A DNA stretch of 64,000 bases from an uncultured Verrucomicrobiae bacterium (GCA_963764175.1 CAVXRE010000015.1:9461-73460), one strand, 5' to 3'; shown: positions 45,563 through 56,273, counted from the stretch's first letter. Translations and numbers: made by a program. Notes: generated by a model not told the origin, from the letters alone.

Positions 45563-46995
45563 TTATTGTCTGTAGGCCCAATTTGCAACCTTGAGATAAT
45601 TATCTTTGGTATACCAGATGGCCAAATCAGCTTTCCCCTGGGTTTGAGCCAAATATTCACGTGTCTTCCCGGCATCGTCAGCGTAGGCGGCGAGGTAGGC
45701 TCGCTCGCTTTTGGCTGCCAGTGAGTCGGGAAATCGTTTTTCGATGACTGCAAACCCTTTGTCAACTCGTGGCCACGAGAAATGGTTTTCTTCAAAGACA
45801 TTCGGCGAACTCGCGTACGCGTGAATCCCCCACACGACTTGGGCATAAAGCATATCTCCATCATCACCGCCCATTTGATCTGCCGATTTCTCCAAATCCG
45901 CCTCCAATTCACCTTCGCCACCGTTCCATCGAGGCATCAGATAAACTGCCCTCTGACGATACGCCGATTCGTAGTCAGATTCATAATTCGTTGCCTCACT
46001 AAAGATGTCATTGAATTGATCTTTATTCATCTGCAATCCCAGAGCGGCCCTCATTTTGACGATCCAGTAATAGGGACAATGCGCCTTAAGATTTTCGGCG
46101 TCATTCAATACCGTCATTGCCTGATGGAGTCTGTCGCCAAATAATCGCCAGCTCTCATCCGTAACCGTGTTTGCCCAGCCTCCACCCCTGGCTTTCCATG
46201 CAAAACTGACCAAAACATCGGCCAAACCAACGCGCGCGGTGATGGAATCCGGTTTCGCAGCAACCCAATCCTGCAAAGCGGCGATGCGATTTTGCCATTC
46301 AACGTCGGATGCCTTGTCCGACGGAACAAGTCCGGCATAAATGTCGTTTAATTTCCAAGCACCGCTTGCGTAATGTTCCTTTGAAGAACGGAATTTCGCG
46401 GCAAGTTCGTCGAGTTCATGTAATTTGTGGCCTGGATCAAATTTTTTGCAAGAGCATTCCTGCCGAACATTTCTTTGCTCTCATCGTCCGGCCAGACCGT
46501 GGTTACCTGGAACGGCAAGACCGCAGTTGGCGCATCAAATTGATTTGAGCGCGTTTCGTTAATCCCGGCCATCGATCTCATATGCAAGAGCCCTATAATT
46601 GCCAAACTGATTGTGCCCGCTATGGTTGCGCTGGAGAACACCAATCCGAGTATTCCCAGCAACCGGTTCTTTCCGGTTTGAAACAACGATGCGATGCCCA
46701 ATCCAACGGCCACAACATCAACCGTCATGAGAAAAATCGCCACTAATCCAACAAACACTTGTCCCGGATGGGTTCGGTCTCCTGAAATCCGGTGTGCACT
46801 CAATATTGTTGCCATGCAGAGCAGTGCCAGCATGAAACAGCCGACTGCGACGGAGATGCAAAAAGAGGCGATGCCCATGCCGGAATGCTTTCGCCCCGGC
46901 AACGGTGGTGGAGCAGTGTCGAGCGGGGTGTGGTCAACGGCGCACATGATCGCGTCGTCGGGATACTCGGCACCGCAATATGAACATTTTTTCAT
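45563..46995 (-). pseudogene. Membrane-anchored DUF4034-like protein split by a 1-nt frameshift near 46419
   Basis: Zn-ribbon + 3 TM helices (46995-46420) continue in the -1 frame as ELDELAAKFRSSKEHYASGAWKLNDIYAGL..W.A..P.S..AWKARGGGWA..YLMPRWNG. Confidence 0.7.
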
Positions 46996-47146
46996 ATGAT
47001 TGCCAATTTTGAACGCCGCCTATCGAAAAAAAGCCGGGCCACCGATGGCCAGTGCGATATTGCAATGACGATAATCAAATTTCATTGCCCGGTCAAAACT
47101 CAAGGAGCAGCGGCCCTAGGTTCCGGCAACTTGTTAGGCGGCAGTA

Positions 47147-47617
47147 TCATATTGGCGAAAATAATCCAATAAAAAACAGACTGATGATAACTCCTTCCAA
47201 AACGGCCATGACCGGAAAAACCACTTTGCGGAATGGCAGCGTCTCAGGCTTGATGTAAACAACCAAAGGGAATAGCCCTACCAATGTATAAATGGCCAGA
47301 AAGACGAAATCATCGGAAAAGTATCGTCCAATAGTCTGTCCATCTCGAATGAGCTTCAAATATCCTCGTAAAGGCGAACGAATACGGTCTCCTGTATGCA
47401 CGACATCGTAGAATCCGTGGGAAACGGTCGTATCGTAAGCAAAACCAGACTTAAGAGATTCGCTATAAATACGAAACTGTGTCTCTGAAACATACTTGCG
47501 TGTAACAACAAGTTCATGGTCTGAAAAATCACCGCCTAGTAGTTCGAAACAAAACATGAAAGCTGCCAACACCGCACAAATTCCCGCTCCGATTCGTAGT
47601 GTCGTTGGAGTGAGCAT
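47147..47617 (-). CDS. Hypothetical membrane protein (low GC)
   Basis: 156-aa ORF with 1 N-terminal and 2 C-terminal hydrophobic helices and a GAGG RBS-like site. Confidence 0.55.
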   Translation of the reverse strand: MLTPTTLRIGAGICAVLAAFMFCFELLGGDFSDHELVVTRKYVSETQFRIYSESLKSGFAYDTTVSHGFYDVVHTGDRIRSPLRGYLKLIRDGQTIGRYFSDDFVFLAIYTLVGLFPLVVYIKPETLPFRKVVFPVMAVLEGVIISLFFIGLFSPI

Positions 47618-47627
47618 GTCTCGAGGC

Positions 47628-47857
47628 CTATGGGGTCACTACATTTTCAACTGTCGGGGTAAGCGGTGGCAAACCGACCTGGTTTTGAAAATTCGTATCG
47701 AAAGCCCATTTGCGACCGGGTGGGTTGTAATAATTACCGGCTGGCTGCCAGAAGTTGGTCGCGTATTCGCTGGGGAACATGGCCGCGATGGAACCATTAT
47801 ACCAGAAAGGAATGGAACCGCTCCAACTTTCCAGCAAACGGGGAAAATTCTCATAAC
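47628..47857 (-). pseudogene. 3' fragment of a PilX-like / pilus-associated protein truncated by IS3 copy 2
   Basis: YENFPRLLESWSG..YNGSIAAMF.S..W..YYNPP.RKWAFD.NF..LPPLTP C-terminal motif; the frame runs into the IS end. Confidence 0.55.
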
Positions 47858-49136
47858 TGACGTGACTTCACTTTTTCGGGCCATCTGATGTGTTAGTCTG
47901 GGACCAAGAAAGGACCAGACAATGAAAGGCAAACGGTATACGACGGAAGACAAGATCCGCATCCTACGGGAAGTGGACGGTGGCAAGAGCGTGGGTGAGG
48001 TCTGCCGGGAAAAGAACATCGCCGAGCAGACGTTTTACCGGTGGAAGCGGACCTTTGGCATGATGGATGTTTCCGAGGCCCGGCAGCTCAAGGAGCTCCA
48101 GAAGGAAAACACCGAGTTAAAGAAGATGCTGGCCGAATCGCTGTTGAAGAATCGGGTCTTGGAGGCTGTATGCGAAAAAAAGTTGTGAGCCCGGCGCATC
48201 GCCGGGCGGCAGCACAACAAGTGGTGGCGGCAGGCCTGTGTTCCCAACGGGTTGCCTGTCGGCTCCTGCGCCTGGCGCGGTCCACTTACGGTTATCAAGG
48301 GCGAGCCCCCACCACGGCCGAGCAACAGTTAAGGAGACGGCTGCAGGAACTGTCGCAGGAGCATCCGCGCTACGGGTATCGGCGGATCGCAGCGTTGTTG
48401 CGCCAGGAAGGCTGGCGAGTCGGCAAACGGCACATTCAACGACTGCGCCGAGCGGAGGGATTGCGCGTCCCACCCACCAAACGAAAGGTAATTCGGCGCG
48501 GGCTATCCACGGGTTTGCCGACTACGGCCACGCATCGGAACCACGTATGGACCTGGGACTTTATCGCCGATGCAACGGTGCGTGGTGGGGCTTTGCGGAT
48601 CCTAACGATCTTGGACGAACACACGCGGGAGTGTCATGTACTGCGGGTGGACCGCGCGCTGCGCGCGCAGGACGTGCTGACTTGGTTGCAGAAGGCCATC
48701 GAACAACAAGGCGCGCCGGAATATCTGCGTTCGGACAACGGATCGGAGTTTATCGCCAAAATCGTGCAGCGGTGGCTGGCGGAGAACCACATCAAGACGA
48801 TTTACATTGAGCCGGGCAGTCCGTGGCAGAACGGCTTTGTGGAAAGTTTTCACGGTCGCTTTCGGGACGAGTGCTTGAATCGGGAGCAACTGTGGACGCT
48901 GACGGAAGCGCGAGTAGTGATTGGCGACTACCGCTGCGAATATAATCAACAAAGACCGCACAGCCGGTTGGGTTATCTGAGCCCGGCCCGGTTCGCGGCG
49001 CAACTCAGTCCATCCCCGGCGCCGGTCGGGCTCCGCCCTCCCTCTGCCGGGGATGGACAAAACCAGAACCAAAAACTAACATGAACCCAGTCTCAGGACT
49101 AACTCACGAAGTGGTACAGAAAAGTGAACCCGGTCA
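47858..49136 (+). mobile_element. IS3-family element, copy 2 (apparently identical to copy 1)
   Basis: Same ends and identical OrfA/OrfB translations at a constant 17536-bp offset; no target duplication. Confidence 0.95.
47922..49084 (+). CDS. IS3 transposase OrfA/OrfAB (copy 2)
   Basis: Translation identical to 30386-31548. Confidence 0.95.
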
Positions 49137-49879
49137 AGGGCAACCTCAACAATCTTGGCACGCGCGCATTGCGGGAATATATCGCCAACCGTGCGCGCCT
49201 GCTGGCGGTGGTTGGGCTGCACGTCAACAGCTTCAAACCTTTCACCGGCACAAAGACCAGCGTTGTCTTCCTACAAAAGTGGGGCGGTGATGCGGGTGAA
49301 CGACTAGAGGACTATCCAGTGTTCATGGCTGTAAAGCATGGCCTTCAGCCTCCATATCTCGATGGTGGAAATGTTGGCATTGTGTCACAGAGGCAATTCA
49401 CCGGGTCGGGTCTTGATTTGGATTCTTTGGAAAACTTCACGAACGATGATTTCTGTAAAGAAAATCCCGATTTCCTAATTCGGAGAGATGATGTTCTGAC
49501 CTATTGCGTTTCTGCTGGCGAGTATTTGGGACGCACCTATTTGTTTGGTTCAGACCGGCCATGTGTTGCGGCGAGTTTTGTAACAATCCTGCGGACGACC
49601 AAACTTGTCCCCGGCTACCTTGCGTTATTTCTAAACTCTCCATTTGGTTTGATTCAAAGCAATGGCTTCAAACGTGGAACAAGTCCTTTTTATTTGTATC
49701 CTCGCGACCTCAAAAATGTGCTGGTCTATGTGCCGCGCAACAAATCCGGTGAAATAGACATTGCTTGGCAAGAAAAGCTTGCGGCAAAAGTTGAAGCCTT
49801 CACACGAGCCCACAAGCAAGCACAAGCCAAACTCGCCGAAGCCAAAAAGCTCGTTGAAGATGCTTTGGAAAATATTTGA
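49137..49879 (+). pseudogene. Type I-like restriction-modification remnant: N6-MTase C-terminal fragment fused to an HsdS-like half
   Basis: (Q)GNLNN..REYI..LLAVVGLH.NSFKP.TGTKTSVVFLQKW..DYPVFMA (HsdM-like), then a TRD-like segment with YLALFLNSPFG..Q and a coiled coil. GC is lower than the flanks. Confidence 0.7.
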
Positions 49880-49885
49880 TCGTGA

Positions 49886-49958
49886 CTCCTCACCCCGGCC
49901 TTCTTCTCGTTCGGCCCGCCTTCCTCCGGCTTCGGCGTGACGAGCAAGGAGAGGGAGA
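49886..49958. repeat. REP-like palindromic element
   Basis: CTCCTCACCCCGGCCTTCT...GGAGAGGGAGA with a nested CCGCCTTC..GCTTCGGCG. Confidence 0.5.
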
Positions 49959-50037
49959 ATTATTTTGTGAGACGATTTGGTGGTGATTTCTTTATCATCT
50001 ATTGACCCGGCGCTTATTTGTGCCAGAATTGCTGTGA

Positions 50038-50238
50038 ATGGATACGGATTTCATCGAGAAAACGATTCGAACCTACGCGCAGACGCTTCAGGCCGGGAAC
50101 GAAACCGAGAAGGAGGCCGCCGATGAGCTGGCCAGAATCGCGGACAAGCTCAGGCAAAAGCGCCAGATTGAGAAGGTTGAATCGAAGTACAATCATCTCC
50201 CCAAGGCCGTTCCCGTCCGGCCTGCCAGCAGTTTGTAA
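50038..50238 (+). CDS. Small hypothetical helical protein
   Basis: 66-aa ORF with protein-like composition in an otherwise empty interval. Confidence 0.4.
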   Translation: MDTDFIEKTIRTYAQTLQAGNETEKEAADELARIADKLRQKRQIEKVESKYNHLPKAVPVRPASSL

Positions 50239-50658
50239 TCCCCGCCACGGTCGCATCCCGTTCAATTCAGGACATACACGCCGGCCGGGCGTTCTCACGC
50301 CTTGGATTTCGGGCAAACGCGCCGGTGTGCCAACAGCAAGGTCAAACCGAGGATGCCCAGCGCAGCTTGAGAGGGTTTTATAACAAGCACGGCAGGCATC
50401 CCACCGATCCACCAATGTATCAAGGCAACGATACCGCTCTTGATTGCGGGCGTCTTTTATGTCTTCCAGCGGCGGGCAAAACATGAGTTGCGCAGGAACG
50501 CGACTGCTTGACGGGATTTGTGGCTGCAAATTGGCGGAAAACTTCCCCTGCCGGACAAGGTGTTGCCCGGCGCGCGTTTCCCGGCTTTGCAATTCCTAAA
50601 AAATAAAAAGTTGTTCTCGACAAACGAACGCTTTTTGCGGATTCAAGTGCGCGAGACA

Positions 50659-51786
50659 ATGGCGCAAACGAAACGCATCGGCATCCTGACGGCGGGCGGC
50701 GACAGTCCGGGCCTGAACGCCGCCATCCGCGGCGTCGGCAAAACCGCGCTCGGCTTTTACGGAATGGAAATCATCGGCTTCCGCGACGGCTTCCGCGGCA
50801 TCGTTGAAGACCGGCGCCTCAAGCTCGATAAATCCACGCTCGCCGGCATCCTCACCGTGGGCGGCACCATCCTCGGCACGAGCCGCGACAAACCGCATCG
50901 CATGACGATTGACGGGCGCGTTCATGACATGACCAATGTCATCGTAAAAAATTACGGGCGTTACGGCCTGGACGCGCTGGTCTGTCTCGGCGGCGGCGGC
51001 ACGCAAAAAAACGCGCTGCGGCTCAAGGAGGCCGGGATCAATGTCATCTCGCTGCCCAAGACGATTGACAACGACGTGGCGATGACGGATCTGACAATAG
51101 GTTTTGCGACCGCGCTGGACATTGCAACGGAAACCATCGACCGCCTGCACAGCACAGCCCACAGCCATCATCGCATCATCGTCACTGAAATCATGGGGCA
51201 CCGGGCCGGGTGGCTGGCATTGGGTGCGGGCATTGCGGGGGGCGCGGACGTGATTTTGATTCCCGAAATTCCCTACGACGTTCACAAAATCGCCGATGCC
51301 ATCCGCCGCCGCAGCCGCGCCGGAACCAACTTCAGCATCGTGGCCGTGGCTGAAGGGGCGATGGCCAAGGAAGACGCGCGGGCTTATTTGTCCGCCGAGT
51401 CGCGGAGAGAACGGGCCCGAAACCAAAGGGAGAAGCACGATGCCAAACTGGAACTCGCCGGCCTCGAAGCCAGGCACAGCGGCAACACGTTGCGGCTGGC
51501 CAAGCAATTGGAGGAACTGACGCGCCTTGAATCACGCGTGACCATCCTCGGCTATGTCCAGCGCGGAGGCATCCCCTCGCCTGCCGACCGTCTGCTGGCC
51601 ACGCGGCTCGGCAGCGCGTGCGGTGATTTGATACATGAAAATGTCTTTGGCGTGATGGTTGCATCGCGCGGCGACCGGACGGAGCCGGTGCCCCTGGAAA
51701 GGGTTGCCGGCAAACGCAAAGTCGTGCCGCCGGACCATCCGTGGGTTGAGGCTGCAAGGCGCGTGGGAACGTGCCTGGGAGACTGA
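50659..51786 (+). CDS. pfkA: 6-phosphofructokinase (PfkA family, group III-like)
   Basis: ATG 50659; [50 protein letters not shown]. Confidence 0.92.
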   Translation: MAQTKRIGILTAGGDSPGLNAAIRGVGKTALGFYGMEIIGFRDGFRGIVEDRRLKLDKSTLAGILTVGGTILGTSRDKPHRMTIDGRVHDMTNVIVKNYGRYGLDALVCLGGGGTQKNALRLKEAGINVISLPKTIDNDVAMTDLTIGFATALDIATETIDRLHSTAHSHHRIIVTEIMGHRAGWLALGAGIAGGADVILIPEIPYDVHKIADAIRRRSRAGTNFSIVAVAEGAMAKEDARAYLSAESRRERARNQREKHDAKLELAGLEARHSGNTLRLAKQLEELTRLESRVTILGYVQRGGIPSPADRLLATRLGSACGDLIHENVFGVMVASRGDRTEPVPLERVAGKRKVVPPDHPWVEAARRVGTCLGD

Positions 51787-51810
51787 AACGATTCCGAGGG
51801 ACGAGTTTCC

Positions 51811-52374
51811 ATGACAGCCTTTTCACCACAAATCATCGGCCCATTCTGGGGTGCGTCTGAACTTTGCCTGGCCTTGATGAAGCGTTCCAAGTCGGACGCC
51901 ACTTCCAAGGACCGCAATTCCCTGATCCTCATCTGGCTGGTCATTCTTTCTGCCGCCGCGCTGGGCGCCGTGGCGGCTGGACGGCTTCGCTCATGCGAGC
52001 TGCATTTTTCAGGATTCGTCTCTGCATTTGTTTTTTGGTTTTTTGTTCTTGGTCTGGTACTTCGGTGGTATTCGATCATTCATCTTGGGCGATTTTTCAC
52101 GGTCAACGTCGCAATATCGGCAAATCATCAACTGGTTGACTCCGGCCCTTATCATTTCATCCGTCATCCGAGCTATACCGGCAGTCTGATGGCGGTCCTT
52201 GGTTTTGCCTTGAGCCTCCAGAACTGGGCATCGCTTCTGATCATCTTCGTGCCATGTTGCGCCGTGACCCTGTGGCGCATTCACATTGAAGAAGCAGCGC
52301 TGCTGGATGCATTGGGACAGCAATATCGCAGCTACATGCAACGGACCAAGCGCCTCATCCCGTTCATTTATTAA
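51811..52374 (+). CDS. Isoprenylcysteine carboxyl methyltransferase (ICMT/PEMT)-family membrane protein
   Basis: LGRFFT..HQLVDSGPYHFIRHPSYTG..RIHIEEAAL..Y.SY..RTKRLIPFIY. Confidence 0.9.
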   Translation: MTAFSPQIIGPFWGASELCLALMKRSKSDATSKDRNSLILIWLVILSAAALGAVAAGRLRSCELHFSGFVSAFVFWFFVLGLVLRWYSIIHLGRFFTVNVAISANHQLVDSGPYHFIRHPSYTGSLMAVLGFALSLQNWASLLIIFVPCCAVTLWRIHIEEAALLDALGQQYRSYMQRTKRLIPFIY

Positions 52375-52428
52375 GATGCCGCCCGACAAATTAGCCAACG
52401 GCCACCACTTTGCAAGCGACTACGCGCC

Positions 52429-52797
52429 ATGATCCACTACAACATTTGGTTTGACTTAAAGAACGACACCGAACAGGCAACGGCTCTAAGCATCATTCAG
52501 GAGTTTCTTGACGGGCTTTACGCCGCCGGCTCCATTGCCGGCTTTCAAATCCTCAAAAACTCCGGGAACGCCTCCAAAACCAGGATGCTTGATTACCAGG
52601 CATTGATTGAGTTTTCCGATGATGCACAGTTTTCATCGGCGTTTTCCGCGCAGGCGGCCCGTGGAATTCATACCGGACTTCACGGGCAGGTCATGTCCTT
52701 GGTGGGTGAATTCCGCATCGAAGTCTTCAGACAGATTGCCACGGTCGCTGATTCCACAGAGACAAGATCATCATCGCAGACTGCTTCTGAGATTTAG
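52429..52797 (+). CDS. Dimeric alpha/beta-barrel (Dabb / DUF6614-like) protein
   Basis: HYNIWFDLK..FLD.L...G.I..LIEF.D..QF..AF..H..V pattern. Confidence 0.55.
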   Translation: MIHYNIWFDLKNDTEQATALSIIQEFLDGLYAAGSIAGFQILKNSGNASKTRMLDYQALIEFSDDAQFSSAFSAQAARGIHTGLHGQVMSLVGEFRIEVFRQIATVADSTETRSSSQTASEI

Positions 52798-52813
52798 ATG
52801 CCTGAAAAAAGTT

Positions 52814-53989
52814 TCAGGCTTTGATCACCATCGCGCCCGCCGCCGGACGCGAGCTGAAGATGGTCGCCTCGATGCCGGTCCTGCTTTTGTAATCCTCGGC
52901 GATCTTTTTGGAGATGGCTTCAATGGCGCTGGCCTTCACCAGCGCGACGGTGCAGCCGCCAAAACCGCCGCCGGTCATGCGACAGCCATAAACGCCACCC
53001 TTGATGCCGATGGCCTGGGCGATTTCAACGATGGCATCGAGTTCCTTGCAGCTCACTTCGTAATCGTCGCGAAGCGAATCATGGCTCGCATACATGAGCT
53101 GGCCGACGGCCGCCCAGTTTGAAGCGCGGATGCCCTCGGAGGCATAAACGGTGCGTTCGATTTCGCCAATCACATGGCGCGCGCGGCGGTAAACCACCGG
53201 GTCCATCCTGCCCCTGGCCTCCTCGAGCGCGCGGGGGTTTGCGCCACGGAGGGAGGGTACTTCAAGGATTCTGGCGGCCTCCTCACATTGCTTGCGGCGA
53301 GTGGGATATTCGCTGCCGGTCAACTGATGTTTGACGTTGGTGTTGACGATGAGCACGGCGACGGTCGGGTCCTTCAGCGGCACCAGCTCCGTCCGCCGCG
53401 AACGGCAATCGAGCAGGAGCAGACTATTTTCCCGGCCCATGACGGAAATGAACTGGTCCATGATGCCGCAGGGCATTCCGGCGAATTCGTGCTCGGCCTT
53501 CTGGCAAAGCAACGCTTTTTCGACAGGGTCAAGTTTTTTGCCGGTGATGACTTCGAGGAGCGTGGCCGTGGCCACTTCGAGCGCCGCGCTGCTGGAAAGG
53601 CCGCCGCCGAACGGGACGGTCGAATCAATCATCGCGTCAAAGCTGCCGGGATTCAGCCCGCGGGCAAGAAACCCGGCGATGACGCCGGCGGGATAATTGG
53701 CCCAGCTGCCATTCGGAAACGGTTTCAGCGGCTGGGTGGGGTCAATAACAACTGGCGCTTCGCAACTGGTGGAAACAAGATGGATTCGTTTTACGTCCCC
53801 TGCCGGGCGGTCGGCTGCAATGACGGTATAATACTCAATCGCCATCGGCAGCACGAAGCCGTCGTTGTAATCGGTGTGTTCGCCGATGAGGTTGACGCGG
53901 CCGGGTGCGGCAACTATCCAGCGCGGCGGGCGGCCATAGGTTTTGGCGAATAATCCTGAAACGTGGGCGATGAGTTCCTGAAGTGTCAT
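52814..53989 (-). CDS. galK: Galactokinase
   Basis: APGRVNLIGEHTDYNDGFVLPMAI, GGGLSSSAALE, CGIMDQ, GCRMTGGGFGGC; start ATG 53989. Confidence 0.97.
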   Translation of the reverse strand: MTLQELIAHVSGLFAKTYGRPPRWIVAAPGRVNLIGEHTDYNDGFVLPMAIEYYTVIAADRPAGDVKRIHLVSTSCEAPVVIDPTQPLKPFPNGSWANYPAGVIAGFLARGLNPGSFDAMIDSTVPFGGGLSSSAALEVATATLLEVITGKKLDPVEKALLCQKAEHEFAGMPCGIMDQFISVMGRENSLLLLDCRSRRTELVPLKDPTVAVLIVNTNVKHQLTGSEYPTRRKQCEEAARILEVPSLRGANPRALEEARGRMDPVVYRRARHVIGEIERTVYASEGIRASNWAAVGQLMYASHDSLRDDYEVSCKELDAIVEIAQAIGIKGGVYGCRMTGGGFGGCTVALVKASAIEAISKKIAEDYKSRTGIEATIFSSRPAAGAMVIKA

Positions 53990-53993
53990 GGAT

Positions 53994-54029
53994 AAATAAA
54001 AATCGCCGGGAAGACTAGCTTCCCGGCGA
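53994..54029 (-). terminator. Intrinsic-terminator-like hairpin directly upstream of galK
   Basis: TCGCCGGGAAG-CTAGT-CTTCCCGGCGA followed by TTTTTATTT on the minus strand. Confidence 0.55.
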
Positions 54030-54054
54030 GCTGAAATCAATTTCTTTTTCAGGC

Positions 54055-54252
54055 TTACGGCGGTGTTTTGCGTCCGCGCGCAGCGCCCAGCAGCATCAGC
54101 GCCCCAAACACGAGCAAGACGATGCCCCAGATGAGGTTGATGTTGATGCCGAGTGACAGCCCCTTGTCACCGCCGATGATGCCCTGAATGAGCAGCAGCA
54201 CGCCGATGAGCGAGAACATAAAGCCGATTGGCCAGCGTATATCGAGTCCCAT
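54055..54252 (-). CDS. Small 2-TM membrane protein, partner of the SSS symporter
   Basis: MGLDIRWPIG.MF..G..L..G..GININLIWG..LLVFG; directly downstream of the SSS gene. Confidence 0.75.
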   Translation of the reverse strand: MGLDIRWPIGFMFSLIGVLLLIQGIIGGDKGLSLGININLIWGIVLLVFGALMLLGAARGRKTPP

Positions 54253-54278
54253 AAAGTCAGTGCCTTTCGTTTTTCAGT

Positions 54279-56273
54279 TTACCAGAAAATGATGTTCAAA
54301 ATGACACACGCAATGATCAGCACCGTGCCGATGACGGGAGGCCGCTGCCAGACCGGCAGGTTGTGGTCCACGGTTTTCGGCGTGAGCGAATAAACGAGGC
54401 CTTTCAATTGCTCATCGGTCTTGGTGCGCTGCGTTGTCAGCGAAATAAACACTGTGGCGAGGAAGCAAACGGTAAAGGCGAAGATGGCGAGCCAGAAGTT
54501 CTGGGCCATTTCGCTGGGGAATTTGGCCATCACGCCGAGGTAGCCGCCTTTCATGTGATTGATGACATGGCCGGCGGCATCCACGTTGCCGGCGGTCGTG
54601 GTGAACGCGTGAAACACCGTCGAACCGGCAATGCCGCCAAACAGTCCAAGAAACGCGCCGATGCCGGTGGCCCGCTTCCAGAACATGCCCAGCAGCATCG
54701 TCGCGAAGATGGGCGCGTTCACAAAACCGAACACCAGCTGGATGATGTCCATGGCGTTGTTGTATTGCTTGGAAACATAGGCGCAGAAGATGCTCAACAC
54801 GATGCCGACCACCGTGATGCATTTGCCCATCCAGAAATAATGCGCATCGCTCTTGTTCCGGACCAAATAAGCCTGATACAGGTCATAGGTCCAGATGGTA
54901 TTGAACGCGGTGACATTTCCCGCCATGCCGGACATGAACGAAGCGAGCAGGGCGGTGAGCGCCAGGCCCAGCAGGCCGGGCGGACAGTATTTTTTCAGGA
55001 GCGAGAGGATGACGCTGTTGTAATCGTTCTCCGCAATGCTGTTGTAAAGACCCTCCTGAATCTGGGTATCGGAAAGTTTGTTCGCCGCGTTGTCCGTGAT
55101 CAATTGGGTCACTTTTGCGTCATTTACTTTCACCCCGAGCGCATCACCGACGGCCTGCACAGCGGCCGCATCAGCCGGGCTGGCATTTTTCACCACATCC
55201 GCTGCCTTGGTATATTTTTCCTGCGAAACAATCGGCGGCGGGATGCGGTAATCCTTGTTGGGCATCGAGGCCAGGGCGATGGCGATCATTCCGGGAAGGA
55301 TGACCAGCAATGGGAAAAGCATCTTGGGAATGGCGGCGACGAGCGGAGTGTTGCGGGCGGCGGTCATGTTCTTGGCCGCCATGGCGCGCTGGACGACCAG
55401 AAAGTTTGTGCACCAGTAACCAAACGAAAGCACGAATCCCAGACCGAAGACGACGGCAAACCAATCCACGCCAAGGGGATTGGCGGTGGGGCCGGCCAGC
55501 ACCGGCTTCCACACGCTCGTCCAGGCATCCGGCGCGTAGTGGATGCCGGCGGGCTGGAGATAAAAAGCGGACGGATTGGTCGCAACGCCCTGCAGCGAAT
55601 TTTTGACCGAGTGCCATCCGCCGGCGTCCCGCAGCCCGAGATAAACCACCGGCGCGAAGCCGAGAACGATCATGAAGAATTGCAGCACCTCGGTGTAAAT
55701 CGCCGAGGTAAGGCCGCCTTTCAGGACGTACAGCAACACGACACCGGAGCAAATCCACAAATAAATATCATAGCTGCCAAAGTCCATTCCCAAAATTCGT
55801 GTGTCCAATTTCCACGGCAGCAGGTTGGTAAGCAGCCGGGCCAGCGCGTCCATGGAAATGCCGGAGGCGAACACGGTCATCACGGCGAAAGAGAGAGCAT
55901 TCAGCGCGCGAACGGGTTCATTGAAGCGCATTTTCAGATATTCCGGCACGGAACGCGCCTTGGAACCGTAATAGAACGGCATCATGAACACGGCCAGGAA
56001 GACCATGGCGGGAATCGCGCCCACCCAGTAAAAGTGGGCCTGGGCGATGCCGTATTTGGCGCCGCTGGCGGCCATGCCGACCAGTTCAAGCGCCCCGAGA
56101 TTGGCGGCCATGAAGGCGAGGCCGGTCACCCATGTCGGAATCGAGCGCGCGGACGTGAGAAAGTCCGACGAGGTTTTCATGTAACGCGCGAGCACCCAGC
56201 CAATGCCCAGCACAAAGGCGACATAGGCGATGAGAATGGTGTAATCAACCCAGGCGAGATGAATTGGTTGCAT
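54279..56273 (-). CDS. Sodium:solute symporter (probable galactose/sugar)
   Basis: AFMAANLGALE..G, SVPEYLKMRF, YVLKGGLTSAIYTEVLQ, GYWCTNFLVVQRAMAA; upstream of galK. Confidence 0.9.
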   Translation of the reverse strand: MQPIHLAWVDYTILIAYVAFVLGIGWVLARYMKTSSDFLTSARSIPTWVTGLAFMAANLGALELVGMAASGAKYGIAQAHFYWVGAIPAMVFLAVFMMPFYYGSKARSVPEYLKMRFNEPVRALNALSFAVMTVFASGISMDALARLLTNLLPWKLDTRILGMDFGSYDIYLWICSGVVLLYVLKGGLTSAIYTEVLQFFMIVLGFAPVVYLGLRDAGGWHSVKNSLQGVATNPSAFYLQPAGIHYAPDAWTSVWKPVLAGPTANPLGVDWFAVVFGLGFVLSFGYWCTNFLVVQRAMAAKNMTAARNTPLVAAIPKMLFPLLVILPGMIAIALASMPNKDYRIPPPIVSQEKYTKAADVVKNASPADAAAVQAVGDALGVKVNDAKVTQLITDNAANKLSDTQIQEGLYNSIAENDYNSVILSLLKKYCPPGLLGLALTALLASFMSGMAGNVTAFNTIWTYDLYQAYLVRNKSDAHYFWMGKCITVVGIVLSIFCAYVSKQYNNAMDIIQLVFGFVNAPIFATMLLGMFWKRATGIGAFLGLFGGIAGSTVFHAFTTTAGNVDAAGHVINHMKGGYLGVMAKFPSEMAQNFWLAIFAFTVCFLATVFISLTTQRTKTDEQLKGLVYSLTPKTVDHNLPVWQRPPVIGTVLIIACVILNIIFW

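Noticed and set aside
30322-49136. Bona fide composite transposon
   Set aside because: The outer flanks share no target duplication, and copy 1 lies inside the tRNA island whose att repeats straddle it, so the segment did not arrive as a unit.
50518-50658. N-terminal extensions in the ORF track (pfkA; likewise LytTR 2111, PBP 8719, HzsA-like 13770, GH31 58050)
   Set aside because: The extensions overlap neighbouring genes or promoter DNA and precede the obvious family start or signal peptide, so downstream starts were used.
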